A stretch of 64,000 bases of DNA from an uncultured candidate division Zixibacteria bacterium (lineage in GTDB: Bacteria; Zixibacteria; MSB-5A5; GN15; PGXB01): positions 288,001 through 352,000 of the forward strand of contig OY969724.1 in assembly GCA_963702205.1 (NCBI GenBank), given 5' to 3'. A program made the translations under genes and the position numbers. Position 1 is the stretch's first letter, and each line of letters opens with the position of its first letter. The notes beneath the pieces are model-generated. The model was not told where the DNA came from and did no database searches. It saw only the letters and a list, made by a program, of their open reading frames with translations. Of the stretch, positions 1-10,794 are shown in pieces.

Positions 1-1335
1 GTCATTTTTGGTATTCTCGACCGCCCCGTCGAAGACCAGCAGCTCGTTGAAAGTCGAGGCACACTCGGCCAGGGTCAGCGGATAATCCCGCCCGAAAGCG
101 GGCATGTCTTTGAGAACCTCATGATGATAGGCGTGTCCCAGTTCGTGGGCGAGCGTGGCCATGTCGTTGAAATTATCGGAATAAGTCATGAAGATGCGGC
201 TTTGTTTGGCGACGCTGAGAGTTGTGCAGTACCCTCCCCCGCCTTTTCCGGGACGGTCCTCGGCTTCGACCCAGCGGTTATCGACGGCCATGCGCGAGAA
301 TTCGGCCTGTGATTTCGAGAAACCTGAAATAATATCGTAGATAAAATCGCGGGCTTCGGTGAACGTTATTTTCGTGTCGAGTGAACCGGTCGGAGCATAC
401 TGATCGTACCATTTAAACTTGTTGACCTTCATGAGTTTCTTTTTGGCGTCGATGTATTTTTTCAAGCGCGGAATGGCCTTCTCCACCACCGACCACATGG
501 CCTCCAGAGTCTGCTCCGAGAGCCGGGCCTGCTGCAGCGGCTCGATCAGGGGCGAGTCCCACCCCCGGCGTTTGTAGATGTTCAGCCGGAACCCGGCCTG
601 ATAGTTCAGGGCCAGCGCGCATTGATTGGCCACCGTCTCCCACGCGCCTTCCAGTTTTTCGTGGGCCTGTTTTCTGACGTCCCGGTTGGAGCTGGTCATT
701 TTTTTGGAGAGTTGCCCCAGAGAAAGCTCGGTTTTACGGCCGTCGGGCTCCTCGAACTGCACGCGCAGGTCGCCGTAAATTTTATCATAAAGCCGGTTCC
801 AGGCATGATAGCCATTGACCGCCAGCTCGGCGGCGAGTTCCTCGAATTCCGGTTTCATTTTCATCCGGGCAATCCGGCGCATCTCGTCGAACCCGAACGC
901 GCGCTTATCCAGGCGCTTATCGTTGATTAATTTGCGCCACCAGTCATCGCTCTGTTCCATCGCAAAGGCTTCGAGCGACACAGCCAGCGTCTTGTATTCG
1001 GAATGGATGACATCCATCTCACCATAGATGGCAATCGCATCCTCGTCGTTGACATCCTGGCTGATCAAACACTGGGCGTATGAAAAGGCGTGCTGCAGGC
1101 GGTTCTGGATGTTTTCAATACGCAGGATTAGTTTTATCCAGTCAGCCAGGTTCTTATCATCGAGTTTCGGCGGCAGGCTCTTGATATCTTTGCGCGCCGA
1201 CGCCAGGTCGTTTTTCAGTTGTTTGCGGAAGTCGGCGTATTCTTTGGATTTGCTTTCACCGGGGAAAATCGATTCCAGGTCCCATCGGAGTTTGGCGGTT
1301 TCCGGCCCGGCGGTCTGAACACCCTGTGATCCCAT
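1..1335 (-). CDS. pepF: M3 family oligoendopeptidase F-like peptidase (runs off the left window edge)
   Basis: Not in the ORF track; translated manually. ATG at 1335 follows AAGGAG. Protein begins MGSQGVQTAGPETAKLRWDLESIFPG and contains RPGKGGGGYC and the zinc motif TLAHELGHAYH followed by LAECASTFNE. Confidence 0.88.
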   Translation of the reverse strand, partial: MGSQGVQTAGPETAKLRWDLESIFPGESKSKEYADFRKQLKNDLASARKDIKSLPPKLDDKNLADWIKLILRIENIQNRLQHAFSYAQCLISQDVNDEDAIAIYGEMDVIHSEYKTLAVSLEAFAMEQSDDWWRKLINDKRLDKRAFGFDEMRRIARMKMKPEFEELAAELAVNGYHAWNRLYDKIYGDLRVQFEEPDGRKTELSLGQLSKKMTSSNRDVRKQAHEKLEGAWETVANQCALALNYQAGFRLNIYKRRGWDSPLIEPLQQARLSEQTLEAMWSVVEKAIPRLKKYIDAKKKLMKVNKFKWYDQYAPTGSLDTKITFTEARDFIYDIISGFSKSQAEFSRMAVDNRWVEAEDRPGKGGGGYCTTLSVAKQSRIFMTYSDNFNDMATLAHELGHAYHHEVLKDMPAFGRDYPLTLAECASTFNELLVFDGAVENTKND

Positions 1336-1572
1336 ACTGGTTACTCCTTAATTTTGTGACTTTCAAATCAATATCGAGTTGTCAAATGGCAGACAAATGC
1401 GGGTCTGCGACATTTGCCAATTATACACTAAACGCAATGATTTGCCAAGAATTTCAAAAAAAAATCGGCCCGGAGCAAAAGACAATTCGGGTCTTGCGAA
1501 ATTCCCGCTAATTGTTACATTTAGGGACTGATTTAAACAGGAACATACAAATAAGGATAAAAGGAGTTCGAT

Positions 1573-2070
1573 ATGAACGTATTCGAATTTGCGATGCAAA
1601 TGGAAAAGGACGGTGAGGCGTTTTACCGCAAAATGGCGGATAATGCGGGAAATAATGTTATTAGAAATATCCTGCTCGATCTGGCCGACGACGAAGTCAA
1701 GCATTACAATATTTTCAAAAGATTTCGCGATGGCGACCTGTCCGGCGCCGAGATGATGAAAGACTCGACCAAAGTCATGGAAACGGCCAAAAACGTTTTC
1801 CGTCAGATAGCCGATTCCGGCGACCAGCCGGATTTTTCCGGCGAAGTGGTCACCGCCTGGAAAGAGGCACAGGGAATCGAAAAGAAATCGGAAGACTTTT
1901 ACCGCGAGAAAGCCGGTGAAGAAGACCGACCCGAAGTAAAAAAGACGCTCGACCTGATCGCCGACGAAGAACACAAGCACTGGACACTTATCGAAAACGT
2001 GCTCCATTTCCTGGAACGTCCCAGGCAGTGGCTGGAAAACGCCGAATGGAATGACCTGGAAAATAAGTAA
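1573..2070 (+). CDS. Rubrerythrin/ferritin-like di-iron protein
   Basis: Duplicated E..G..FY / LA.DE..H motifs (MEKDGEAFY...LADDEVKH; IEKKSEDFY...IADEEHKH). AAGGAG RBS. Confidence 0.88.
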   Translation: MNVFEFAMQMEKDGEAFYRKMADNAGNNVIRNILLDLADDEVKHYNIFKRFRDGDLSGAEMMKDSTKVMETAKNVFRQIADSGDQPDFSGEVVTAWKEAQGIEKKSEDFYREKAGEEDRPEVKKTLDLIADEEHKHWTLIENVLHFLERPRQWLENAEWNDLENK

Positions 2071-2105
2071 ACCGTACAACCGGAAAGACACATTCGGAGG
2101 ATATC

Positions 2106-3725
2106 ATGGGTAATTATAAAGTGCCGGTTCCGGCCAATGAACCGGTTTATTCATACGCTCCCGGATCGAAAGAAGCATCGCTGCTCAAAAAGGCTCTGGA
2201 CGATCTCAAGGGCCAGAAAATAGATGTCCCGATGATTATCGGCGGCAAGGAAGTCCGCGTCGGCGACCCGGTCAAAATTACCGCGCCGCACGATCACAAT
2301 CTCGTCCTGGGGCAGTCCTATCAGGGCGGCAAGGACGAGATCAACGCGGCCATCGACGCCGCTTTGAAAGCCAAGAAGACGTGGGAGGAATTCCCCTGGC
2401 ACGAGCGCGCCGCTATCTTCAACAAAGCGGCCGAGCTGCTGGCGGGGCCATACCGCTATATCATAAACGCCGCCACCATGCTGGGACACAGCAAGAATGT
2501 CTTCCAGGCGGAAATCGACGCCGTCTGCGAACTGGCCGACTTTTTCCGGTTCAACGTCCATTATGCCGAACAGATTTTCAACATGCAGCCGGGAAACCCG
2601 GCCGCGACCTGGGACCGTCTCGATTACCGCCCGCTGGAAGGCTTCGTGTTCGCCGTGACGCCGTTCAATTTCGTCTCGATTGCAGGCAACCTGCCCACCG
2701 CCCCGGCTATCATGGGCAACACCTGCGTTTGGAAACCGGCGTCGTCGGTGACGTACACCGCTCATTATCTCATGAAAATACTCAAAGAAGCCGGCCTGCC
2801 CGACGGTGTCATCAACATGGTGACCGCTCGCGGGGCCGACGTCGGTGAGTACGTCCTCAAGAACAAGCACCTGGCCGGGATACATTTCACCGGCAGTACG
2901 GCCGTCTTTCAGTCGATGTGGCGGACGGTCGGCGAGAATATCGCGTCATACAAATCGTACCCGCGCATCGTCGGCGAAACCGGCGGCAAAGATTTCGTGT
3001 TCGTACACAATTCCGCCAACGTCAGCGAAGTCGTCACGGCCATCGTCCGGGGAGCCTTCGAGTACCAGGGTCAGAAATGTTCGGCGGCGTCGCGGGCGTA
3101 CATACCGAAATCGCTCTGGCCCAAAATAAAAGACGGTATCCTGGCCGATCTCAAAGAAATCAAAATGGGTGACGTCGAGGATCCCGGCAATTTTATTAAC
3201 GCCATAATCGACAAATCGGCCTATAGTACGATCGTCGAATATATCGACTTCGCCAAAAAGGCATCGGATGCGGAAATAATCGCGGGCGGAAGTTACGACG
3301 ACAGCAAAGGCTATTTCATAGAACCGACCGTGGTCGTGACGACCGATCCCCATTTCCGCCTGATGGAAGAGGAAATATTCGGCCCGGTCATGACGATTTT
3401 CGTGTACGACGATGATAAGTTCGTCGAAACGCTCGAAATTTGCGACCGGACGTCACCGTACGCCCTGACCGGCGCGGTGTTCGCGATCGACCGTCGGGCG
3501 GTACAGCAGGCGGACAAGATTCTTCGCCACGCGGCGGGTAATTTCTATATCAACGACAAGCCGACCGGTGCCGTCGTGGCCCAGCAGCCGTTCGGGGGCG
3601 CGCGTGCCTCGGGCACCAACGACAAGGCCGGATCTCTTCTGAACATGATTCGCTGGACGTCGCCTCGAACGATAAAAGAAAGCTTCATCCCGCCCAGGAA
3701 CTACAAATACCCGTTTATGGGATAA
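2106..3725 (+). CDS. pruA: L-glutamate gamma-semialdehyde (1-pyrroline-5-carboxylate) dehydrogenase
   Basis: ALDH motifs PFNF, FTGS, GETGGK, catalytic Cys in FEYQGQKCSA, EEIFGP, and the P5CDH-type NDKPTGAVVAQQPFGGARASGTNDKAG. Confidence 0.93.
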   Translation: MGNYKVPVPANEPVYSYAPGSKEASLLKKALDDLKGQKIDVPMIIGGKEVRVGDPVKITAPHDHNLVLGQSYQGGKDEINAAIDAALKAKKTWEEFPWHERAAIFNKAAELLAGPYRYIINAATMLGHSKNVFQAEIDAVCELADFFRFNVHYAEQIFNMQPGNPAATWDRLDYRPLEGFVFAVTPFNFVSIAGNLPTAPAIMGNTCVWKPASSVTYTAHYLMKILKEAGLPDGVINMVTARGADVGEYVLKNKHLAGIHFTGSTAVFQSMWRTVGENIASYKSYPRIVGETGGKDFVFVHNSANVSEVVTAIVRGAFEYQGQKCSAASRAYIPKSLWPKIKDGILADLKEIKMGDVEDPGNFINAIIDKSAYSTIVEYIDFAKKASDAEIIAGGSYDDSKGYFIEPTVVVTTDPHFRLMEEEIFGPVMTIFVYDDDKFVETLEICDRTSPYALTGAVFAIDRRAVQQADKILRHAAGNFYINDKPTGAVVAQQPFGGARASGTNDKAGSLLNMIRWTSPRTIKESFIPPRNYKYPFMG

Positions 3726-3754
3726 GTCAATCGAAAATTCGAAAGGACATATTG

Positions 3755-5266
3755 ATGAGCGCACAAAACGCCTATGATGAACTTATCGCACTGGTAAAAG
3801 AATTGAACCTGCTCGGCTCCTGTGCCGCCGTGCTGGGCTGGGACGAACGCACGTACATGCCCCGGGGCGGCGCCGAAAACCGGGCCAAACAGCTGGCTTT
3901 GTTGTCGGGCATGATTCACGAGAAATTCACGACGCCTAAAGTCGGCGAGCTTCTGTCCGAAGTCGAAGGCTCGGACCTCGTCAAGGACGAGCTGTCCGAT
4001 GCGGCCGTCAACGTCCGTGAAATTCGACGGGAGTACGACCGTGAAGTCAAAGTCCCGACAAAGCTGGTCGAGGACATCACGCACACATGCACCATCTCGC
4101 AGGGTGTCTGGGCCGAGGCCCGTCAGAAATCGGACTTCCCAAAATTCTATCCCTATCTCGAAAAAATCGTCGGGCTGCGTAAAGAGCAGGCCGAGTACTA
4201 TGGTTACGATAAAGAAGCGTACGACGCCCATCTTGAAAGCTACGAGCCCGGTGCCACATACGAGAGCGTCAGCAAGGTTTTCGAGTCGTTCCGCAAGGAA
4301 CTGGTCGATCTGGTCGAGGCCATTAACAATTCTCCGAAACGCCCCAACATGCAGATAATCGAGCAGGACTATCCAGTCGACGGACAGAAAATGTTCGGCG
4401 CCTCGGCGTCGGCCGCCATCGGTTTCAACATGTTAGATGGCCGTCTCGATGAAACCACGCACCCGTTCTGTTCCGGGATGGGAGTCGGTGACTGCCGGAT
4501 TACGACGCGCTACAATCCGAAGCATTTCGGCCAGGCCTTTTTCGGGACGCTGCACGAATCAGGACACGGCATATACGAACAGGGACTTCCGAAAGAGCAT
4601 TACGGTACACCGCGCGGCGAATCGGTATCGCTGGGAATCCATGAATCGCAGTCACGCATGTGGGAAAACCTGGTCGGGCGCTCCAAACCGTTCTGGAAGC
4701 ACTTCTTCCCGCGCGCTCAGCAGGCCTTTCCGGCGGCGCTGGGGAAAGTTGCGTTCGACGATTTCTTTTTCGCCATAAACGACGTGCGGCCGTCGTTCAT
4801 CCGGGTCGAAGCCGATGAGGTGACGTACAACCTCCACATCCTGCTGCGTTTCGAGATCGAACACGCCTTTTTCAAGGGTGACCTTCAGCCCAAAGATGTG
4901 CCCGGCGTCTGGAACGAAAACTTCAAGAAATATTTCGGGATTGAGCCGCCCGACGACGCCACCGGCTGTCTTCAGGACATTCACTGGTCGTGGGGGCTGA
5001 TCGGCTATTTCCCGACGTACACACTGGGCAACCTCTACTCGGCTCAGTTCTTCGCCAAAGCCAAAGAAGAAATGCCCGACCTCGAAAAGCAGTTCGCGAT
5101 CGGCGATTTCTCTTCGCTTAAAAAATGGCTGAACCAAAAGATACATTCCAATGGGCGTAAATACCGCGCGGAAAAACTGGTTGAAGTCGTCACCGGCAAG
5201 CCTCTGAGCCATGTACCGATGATGAGCTATTTGAAAAAGAAGTACGGCGAGCTGTACGGAGTGTAA
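3755..5266 (+). CDS. Carboxypeptidase M32 (Taq-type)
   Basis: HPF, TLHESGH (HExxH), HESQSR, IRVEADE, GCLQDIHW and YFPTYTLG motifs. Confidence 0.93.
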   Translation: MSAQNAYDELIALVKELNLLGSCAAVLGWDERTYMPRGGAENRAKQLALLSGMIHEKFTTPKVGELLSEVEGSDLVKDELSDAAVNVREIRREYDREVKVPTKLVEDITHTCTISQGVWAEARQKSDFPKFYPYLEKIVGLRKEQAEYYGYDKEAYDAHLESYEPGATYESVSKVFESFRKELVDLVEAINNSPKRPNMQIIEQDYPVDGQKMFGASASAAIGFNMLDGRLDETTHPFCSGMGVGDCRITTRYNPKHFGQAFFGTLHESGHGIYEQGLPKEHYGTPRGESVSLGIHESQSRMWENLVGRSKPFWKHFFPRAQQAFPAALGKVAFDDFFFAINDVRPSFIRVEADEVTYNLHILLRFEIEHAFFKGDLQPKDVPGVWNENFKKYFGIEPPDDATGCLQDIHWSWGLIGYFPTYTLGNLYSAQFFAKAKEEMPDLEKQFAIGDFSSLKKWLNQKIHSNGRKYRAEKLVEVVTGKPLSHVPMMSYLKKKYGELYGV

Positions 5267-5293
5267 TTGCGATCCATACACCGATTATTTTGC

Positions 5294-5320
5294 AGGCGGG
5301 ATTAAAGATCAATCCCGCCT
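5294..5320. terminator. Probable bidirectional intrinsic terminator
   Basis: Perfect 10-bp stem AGGCGGGATT / AATCCCGCCT between convergent genes. Confidence 0.7.
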
Positions 5321-5323
5321 TAT

Positions 5324-5584
5324 TTAATTTTCGCCGAGCTTCAGCGAATGCCGGCTATAGTACAAATACACGCTGAACCGTACCAGCCCGAAGACCGGTA
5401 TCATGATTATCAGAAACCAGGGCGTCTCGTGATGCAGCAGGTTCCAGCCGATCATGCCGAGCCAAACCAGACCGACAATCATAAGCGTCACGCGGTTAGC
5501 CAGAAGCCAGCCCAGCCTTTGCCGCTCATCCATTTTTAACAGGTTCATTTCGTTTTTCATATCAACTGCTATCCGTAAGTTCAA
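5324..5584 (-). CDS. Small membrane protein (2 TM)
   Basis: Two hydrophobic segments; directly downstream of the XRE regulator. Start uncertain. Confidence 0.65.
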   Translation of the reverse strand: MNLRIAVDMKNEMNLLKMDERQRLGWLLANRVTLMIVGLVWLGMIGWNLLHHETPWFLIIMIPVFGLVRFSVYLYYSRHSLKLGEN

Positions 5585-5771
5585 AAAGTTCGTCGACCTT
5601 CATCCCCAGCACGCGCGCGATTTTAAACATCAGAATTCCCGATGGTCCGTAAGATCCCTTTTCCAGCGCCAGAATCGTCTGCCTTCGCACCCCGACTTTT
5701 TCGGCCAAATCCTGCTGGGTAAGATTCAGCCGAGCCCGGTGCTGTTTGATGTGGTTCTTCAGTTCAGTCAT
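5562..5771 (-). CDS. XRE/Cro-like helix-turn-helix transcriptional regulator
   Basis: LKNHIKQHRARLNLTQQDLAEKVGVRRQTILALEKG.YGPS. ATG at 5771 with GGAG RBS. Confidence 0.9.
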   Translation of the reverse strand: MTELKNHIKQHRARLNLTQQDLAEKVGVRRQTILALEKGSYGPSGILMFKIARVLGMKVDELFELTDSS

Positions 5772-5801
5772 ATATACTCCGCTATATGTCGCCCTATGCA
5801 A

Positions 5802-5834
5802 ACATAATGTAATATATATCGCACATTATGTCAA
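5802..5834 (-). promoter_or_regulatory. Sigma70-type promoter overlapped by an inverted-repeat operator (likely XRE autoregulation)
   Basis: Minus strand TTGACA (5834-5829), 17 nt, TACATT (5811-5806). Perfect 9-bp inverted repeat ACATAATGT (5802-5810) / ACATTATGT (5823-5831). Confidence 0.75.
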
Positions 5835-5913
5835 GACAACTTAACGCTTTTTTCGGCATAATTTTGCTATTTTTGACTTTCGTTTATCCGCAAATGGCCG
5901 ATATATAGAAAGA

Positions 5914-6339
5914 ATGATAGATTCTGATAATCTCATTATAGATTTTGACGGGGCTAAACGGATTTTGCATCTCTCGGCAAAGACACCTGTACCCGTCCGC
6001 ACCGAGTCGGAGCTCGACCTGATGTGCGGCACGGTTTATAATATTCTGGATAAGCTGTGCGAGAGCGACCGGGTCTATATGATCGTCGATATCGGTAAGA
6101 TCATAATTGATCCCAAGCTGGCCGAAAAATACGCCGCCAAGATTCAGACGTTAAAAGAGAAATTTATTTATCGCGGCGGCATGGCCCGCTATGGAATGAA
6201 TATGACGAGGGTCACGATTATGATTGGCTATAAAATGCATCTGCTCGACGAACAGAATATTTTCCTGAGCTATGATGCTGCCCGACGCTATATAGACTCG
6301 CTCGCCACCGGGACCGTTCAACCGGCCGATAAAACCTGA
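5914..6339 (+). CDS. Hypothetical protein
   Basis: 141-aa ORF filling the gap between genes; no recognised motif. Confidence 0.6.
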   Translation: MIDSDNLIIDFDGAKRILHLSAKTPVPVRTESELDLMCGTVYNILDKLCESDRVYMIVDIGKIIIDPKLAEKYAAKIQTLKEKFIYRGGMARYGMNMTRVTIMIGYKMHLLDEQNIFLSYDAARRYIDSLATGTVQPADKT

Positions 6340-6366
6340 CAAGTCTTGATTCCGTAAGATCAGGTT

Positions 6367-8059
6367 TTAATGTTTCGGCAATCCCCAGATTTCCCAGAAC
6401 AAACGCGGCGGGATGGCGCCTTCGGCCATCAGTTTATCGTGGAAGCCGCGCAAAGTATAGCCGTCGCCTTCGGCCTTTTTCAAAGCCTCACGCAACGCCA
6501 TAATTTCCATTTTCCCCGTCAGGTAGCTCATGGGGACGGTCGGTTCCAGGCAATAGTAGTTTATTTCCTGCCTCATACCGGTGGTGTCGCCGTCGAACTG
6601 ATTGGCCATCCAGACCAGGACGCTTTCGACCGGCTCTTTGCGGGCGTGGAGCTTGACATCGGCCATGATGCGCGCCGCCCGGAACTTGATCCCGCCCAGT
6701 ATTCTTAAATAGCTGCGATCATCGTTTCCGTAAAAGCCCTGATCGTACATCATCTGCTCGCAGTACAGCGCCCAGCCCTCGTAGAAACAGGCGTTTTCCA
6801 CCCATTTGCGCAGCCGGCTGTGCAGCCGGGCCGCCATCTGAAATTGGTAATGGTGCCCCGGATAGGCCTCGTGCACGACGCTGCCTTTGAAGCCCCGCCG
6901 CTGGATGTAGCGATAGTAGGCCTCGCGTTGACCCTCATCGAGCGTGTCCGGGATCGGACGCACGTAAAAATATCCGGTTTGATCGTGGTTGAAGGTCCCC
7001 GGAGGATTATAGGCGACCGAGGAAATGACGTTTCTCAAAAACCGGGGCGTCTCGACGACGACGCATTTGCCGATGTCGTCGGGTATGGTCAGTATATCGT
7101 GCTGTATCAAAAAGGCCTTGGTCTGACGCACTTCCCAGGCATAATAGTCAAGCATGTCCTGCTTCTCGACGCATTTCAGAATGAACACCGAGTCGCCGGA
7201 ATTTTCGTTTTCGAGTCGGTTCATACATTCGTCATAGGCCGAATCCGACCAGGCCAGCATGGTCTGACCGATATTGTAAAGTGAGTCGGAGTCAATATTC
7301 ATGAAGTACTGGTGTGCCAGTCGATAGTCGAAGTCCTGTTTGCCCATCGCAAAGGCCGAGGGCTCGCCACGCTCGATTTCATTCAAAAACGTCCCGAAAT
7401 CCCTTAAGGCGTCGACCGCCCTGGCCGTATTGGCCGAAAGTTCGTTCGAAAGCGCCGGAAGTTCGGGTACTGAACTGGTCGCGAACCGATTCGAAGAAGG
7501 TTATCACGTCCTGGATCGTCTCCAATGCGAGATCGGTATAGATCGGGGCCGGTTTTTTCAGATTACGCTTCGCCTGGTCGAACAGGTCGGACAAGACTTT
7601 CAGGCGGGCGTTTATATTCTGCGCCCGCTCGTTTATCGGGGCGTGATGCGAAATGGCTATGGAATATATTCCCTGCATGGCGGTGTTGACGTACAGGTAC
7701 GGATTAATGGTGTACCATTTAAGTTTTTGAAGATCGTGCATGGCGACGTCGACCTCGCTTTTGAGCAGCTTGAGGTCGATTCGGTGTTCGGGAGACAGGT
7801 CGCTATTGCGATATTTGCGCAGCCTTTGTTCGAATTTCTTGAGGTCGGAGATTTCGCCGCGAATCGACGAACTCGAAAAGTCCGGCAGAAGATAATCATA
7901 TTCGTGGATGCCTTTGCCGGAGGCCTGGACGGGGTAGAATTTCTGGAGATTGTCGAGGACTTCATCGGTCAGCGACATGAAATTTCGCTCCAGCTTGCTC
8001 TGGGCCGAGACCGGCACGGCCAGAGTCGATATGAATATCAAAATCAAAATATTTTTCAC
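6367..8059 (-). pseudogene. DUF885-family secreted protein split by a +1 frameshift near 7465-7467 (possibly a sequencing error)
   Basis: ORF 7379..8059 has a signal peptide; ORF 6367..7386 has HEAYPGHHYQ, EGWALYCE and SYLTGK. Removing one G from GGG at 7465-7467 joins them (QFSTELPALSNELSANTARAVDALRDFGTFLNEIER). Confidence 0.85.
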
Positions 8060-8074
8060 GCTTCCTCCGAATAT

Positions 8075-9454
8075 TCAATTTCTGCTTAACTGCGCCACGA
8101 GCTCAATATGCATCGTGTGCGGAAACATGTCAACCGGGATAACTTTATTCAGGCCGTACCCGGCGTCGACCAGGGCCCGGGCGTCCCGCGCGAACGTGGC
8201 CGGATTACACGATATAAAAACCAATTTCGGCGGGAAGAAATTTATCAGGTGTTTTAAGGCTTTGGGGTGCATCCCGGCGCGGGGCGGGTCGAGAATCACG
8301 ACCTGCTGGTCCTGAAATACTCCGGGGTTATCGCGCATCAGATCCTGAACCGACCCGGATAAAAGTTTTATGTTTTCAATGCCGTTGAGATCGGCGTTCT
8401 GGCGCGCGGCTTCTATCGCCGACGGTTCCAGCTCGACCCCGGTGACGAAACCGGCTTTCTGCGAGGCACAAATGCCGATGGTGCCGGTTCCGCAGTACAG
8501 GTCCATGACGCGCTCGTCGCCGTCCAGTTCGGCCAGATCGAGGGCGGTACGGTACAGCGTTTCGGCCTGGCGGGGATTTGTCTGGAAAAACGAATTGGCG
8601 TACAGCCGGAATTTGAGGCCCAGGACCTCTTCGGTGATGTATCCGTCGCCGTAAAGGATCGACTCGGTCTCCCCTTTGGCGACATTTGACGGTGTGTCGT
8701 TGGTATTGTGCAATATCGTGGCGATGTCCCCGAAACGAGTTGTTGCCTCGCCTACCAGTTCATCGCGATGCGGCAGGGGGCCGTCGGTGGTGACGACGTT
8801 AATCATAAATTTCCCGGTTGCGAACGACCGCCGCACGACCAGAAATCGCATATAGCCGGTATGTGCCCGGACGTTATATACGGATATTTCGTGACGTCTG
8901 ACAAAATCCCGAAACCAGTGCAGGATTTCATCGGCACGATCGACCTGCAGGAAACACCGATCGACGTCGAAGATGCGGTCGAAATGGCCGCGTTCGTGCA
9001 AACCGACGGTGAACTCGGGGCCTTCATCGGCGGCGTTGAACGAAAATTCCATTTTATTGCGGTAATGAAATATATCCGGCGCGGGGATAATTTGGTCGAC
9101 CGGAAATTCCTTGAACAGCCCGATATGTTCCAGACAGTCTTTGACCTGTTTTTCTTTATAGTGCAGTTGTTTTTCGTACTGCAGGTCCTGCCAGGTACAT
9201 CCGCCGCAAATATCGAAATGCGAGCATGGCGGCTGCACCCGCTCGGGCGAGGCTTCGATAATTTTCTCCACCCGGCCGATAATGTATTTCCGGCGGTTTT
9301 TGACCACCCGAGCCGAAACCCGCTCGCCGGGCAGGCCGCGATCCAAAAAGATAATTTTGCCGTCGATATTGCCCAGGGCCTTGCCGTCGAATGCCAGATC
9401 GGTGACGTCGACCTCGTGAACCGTAAACGGCTGTATTTTCCTGGGAGAATCCAA
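8075..9454 (-). CDS. rlmD: 23S rRNA (uracil-5)-methyltransferase RlmD/TrmA family
   Basis: TRAM N-terminus, C..F..CGGC Fe-S motif, SFFQTN, DLYCGTGTIG, LDPPRAG, ISCNPAT, DMFPHTMHIE. Confidence 0.93.
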   Translation of the reverse strand: MDSPRKIQPFTVHEVDVTDLAFDGKALGNIDGKIIFLDRGLPGERVSARVVKNRRKYIIGRVEKIIEASPERVQPPCSHFDICGGCTWQDLQYEKQLHYKEKQVKDCLEHIGLFKEFPVDQIIPAPDIFHYRNKMEFSFNAADEGPEFTVGLHERGHFDRIFDVDRCFLQVDRADEILHWFRDFVRRHEISVYNVRAHTGYMRFLVVRRSFATGKFMINVVTTDGPLPHRDELVGEATTRFGDIATILHNTNDTPSNVAKGETESILYGDGYITEEVLGLKFRLYANSFFQTNPRQAETLYRTALDLAELDGDERVMDLYCGTGTIGICASQKAGFVTGVELEPSAIEAARQNADLNGIENIKLLSGSVQDLMRDNPGVFQDQQVVILDPPRAGMHPKALKHLINFFPPKLVFISCNPATFARDARALVDAGYGLNKVIPVDMFPHTMHIELVAQLSRN

Positions 9455-9456
9455 TA

Positions 9457-10773
9457 TTATTTTCTGTCCGTTTTTTCCGCGGTGGTTTTTTCAATTTTCA
9501 ACCGGACAATCCGGTTGCCCTTGATTTCAAGGACCCTGAAAAGGACGGCGCCGATTTTGACGGTCTCGCCTTTATTGGGCATATGCCCCAGCGCCTCAAT
9601 GACCAGCCCACCCAGCGTATCGGGGCCTTTTTCGTCGAGGTCCGTCCCGAAATCGTCGTTCAGCTCATCGACCCGGAGAGTGCCGGCGGCGTAGGCGACG
9701 CTGCGCGTCTCCCGCACGAATTCATTGGCGTCGCGGTCGTGCTCGTCGTGGATCTCGCCGACTATTTCCTCCAGCAGATCTTCGAGCGTGATCATACCGG
9801 CCGTCCCGCCGAATTCATCGAGCACTATCGCCGCGTGGACCCTCTTCTGCTGAAAGGTCCTGAGCAGGCTGGTCAGCATCATGGAGTCCGGTACGAACAG
9901 CGCTTTTTTTATGACGTCGTTAATGTTTATCTTTTCTCCCTGGTGCAGTGTACTTATGACGTCCTTGGTATATAAAATGCCCTCGATATGATCGAGCGTC
10001 TCGCGGTACACCGGGTAGCGCGAAAAGCCGCTCTCGGACATCATGCGGACTATTTTATCCTGCTTGTCACCGATTTCGATGCCGATAATGTCGGTTCGCG
10101 GTGTCATAGCCTTGCGGGCGGTAACGTCGGTGAAATCGAACACCGAATGAATCAGCTTCTGTTCGGTTTCGTCGAAGACACCAACCTCCCGGCCCTCGGC
10201 GATGATAATGTTTATATCGTCTTCGTTGATAGTACTGCGCTGCGAGATTTGAGTGAATCCCAAAAGTCGGGCGATGCGTTTCGACGTCGCCGACAGCAAG
10301 CGGACCACGACCGATCCCAGAGCCGTGAAGACGGTCATGGGGCCGGCTACGACCGAGGCTATTTTTTCCGGGTTGGAAAGCGCGATATATTTGGGGACCA
10401 GTTCGCCCAGCACGGCCGACAAAAAAGAAATCCCGACAACGACGACAAACAAGGCCAGCGGTCGGGCCGATTTGGCGACTATGCCGATCGGGATATTTTT
10501 AAAAACGGGCACCAGAAGATTGACTATGGTCACGCCGCTGAAGACACCGGCAAACGTCCCGACGAAAGTAATCCCGACCTGCACCGCGGCGAGGAATTTC
10601 TCCGGGTTGGCGTGTATCCTGACCGCCTTGGCCGAACCGCGGTGGCCTTCCTTCGACATGCGTTTGAGCCTGGCGTGACGGCTGGCAATAATAGAAAATT
10701 CCGACAACGCGAAGAAGCCGTTGGCCAGAATTAACATAAAGATCGCCAGGATTTCGATGAAATTGTTATGCAT
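9457..10773 (-). CDS. Hemolysin-family / HlyC-CorC (CNNM + CBS + CorC) membrane protein
   Basis: [58 protein letters not shown]. Confidence 0.92.
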   Translation of the reverse strand: MHNNFIEILAIFMLILANGFFALSEFSIIASRHARLKRMSKEGHRGSAKAVRIHANPEKFLAAVQVGITFVGTFAGVFSGVTIVNLLVPVFKNIPIGIVAKSARPLALFVVVVGISFLSAVLGELVPKYIALSNPEKIASVVAGPMTVFTALGSVVVRLLSATSKRIARLLGFTQISQRSTINEDDINIIIAEGREVGVFDETEQKLIHSVFDFTDVTARKAMTPRTDIIGIEIGDKQDKIVRMMSESGFSRYPVYRETLDHIEGILYTKDVISTLHQGEKININDVIKKALFVPDSMMLTSLLRTFQQKRVHAAIVLDEFGGTAGMITLEDLLEEIVGEIHDEHDRDANEFVRETRSVAYAAGTLRVDELNDDFGTDLDEKGPDTLGGLVIEALGHMPNKGETVKIGAVLFRVLEIKGNRIVRLKIEKTTAEKTDRK

Positions 10774-10794
10774 CGGTTTTATGCAAACCGCCCA

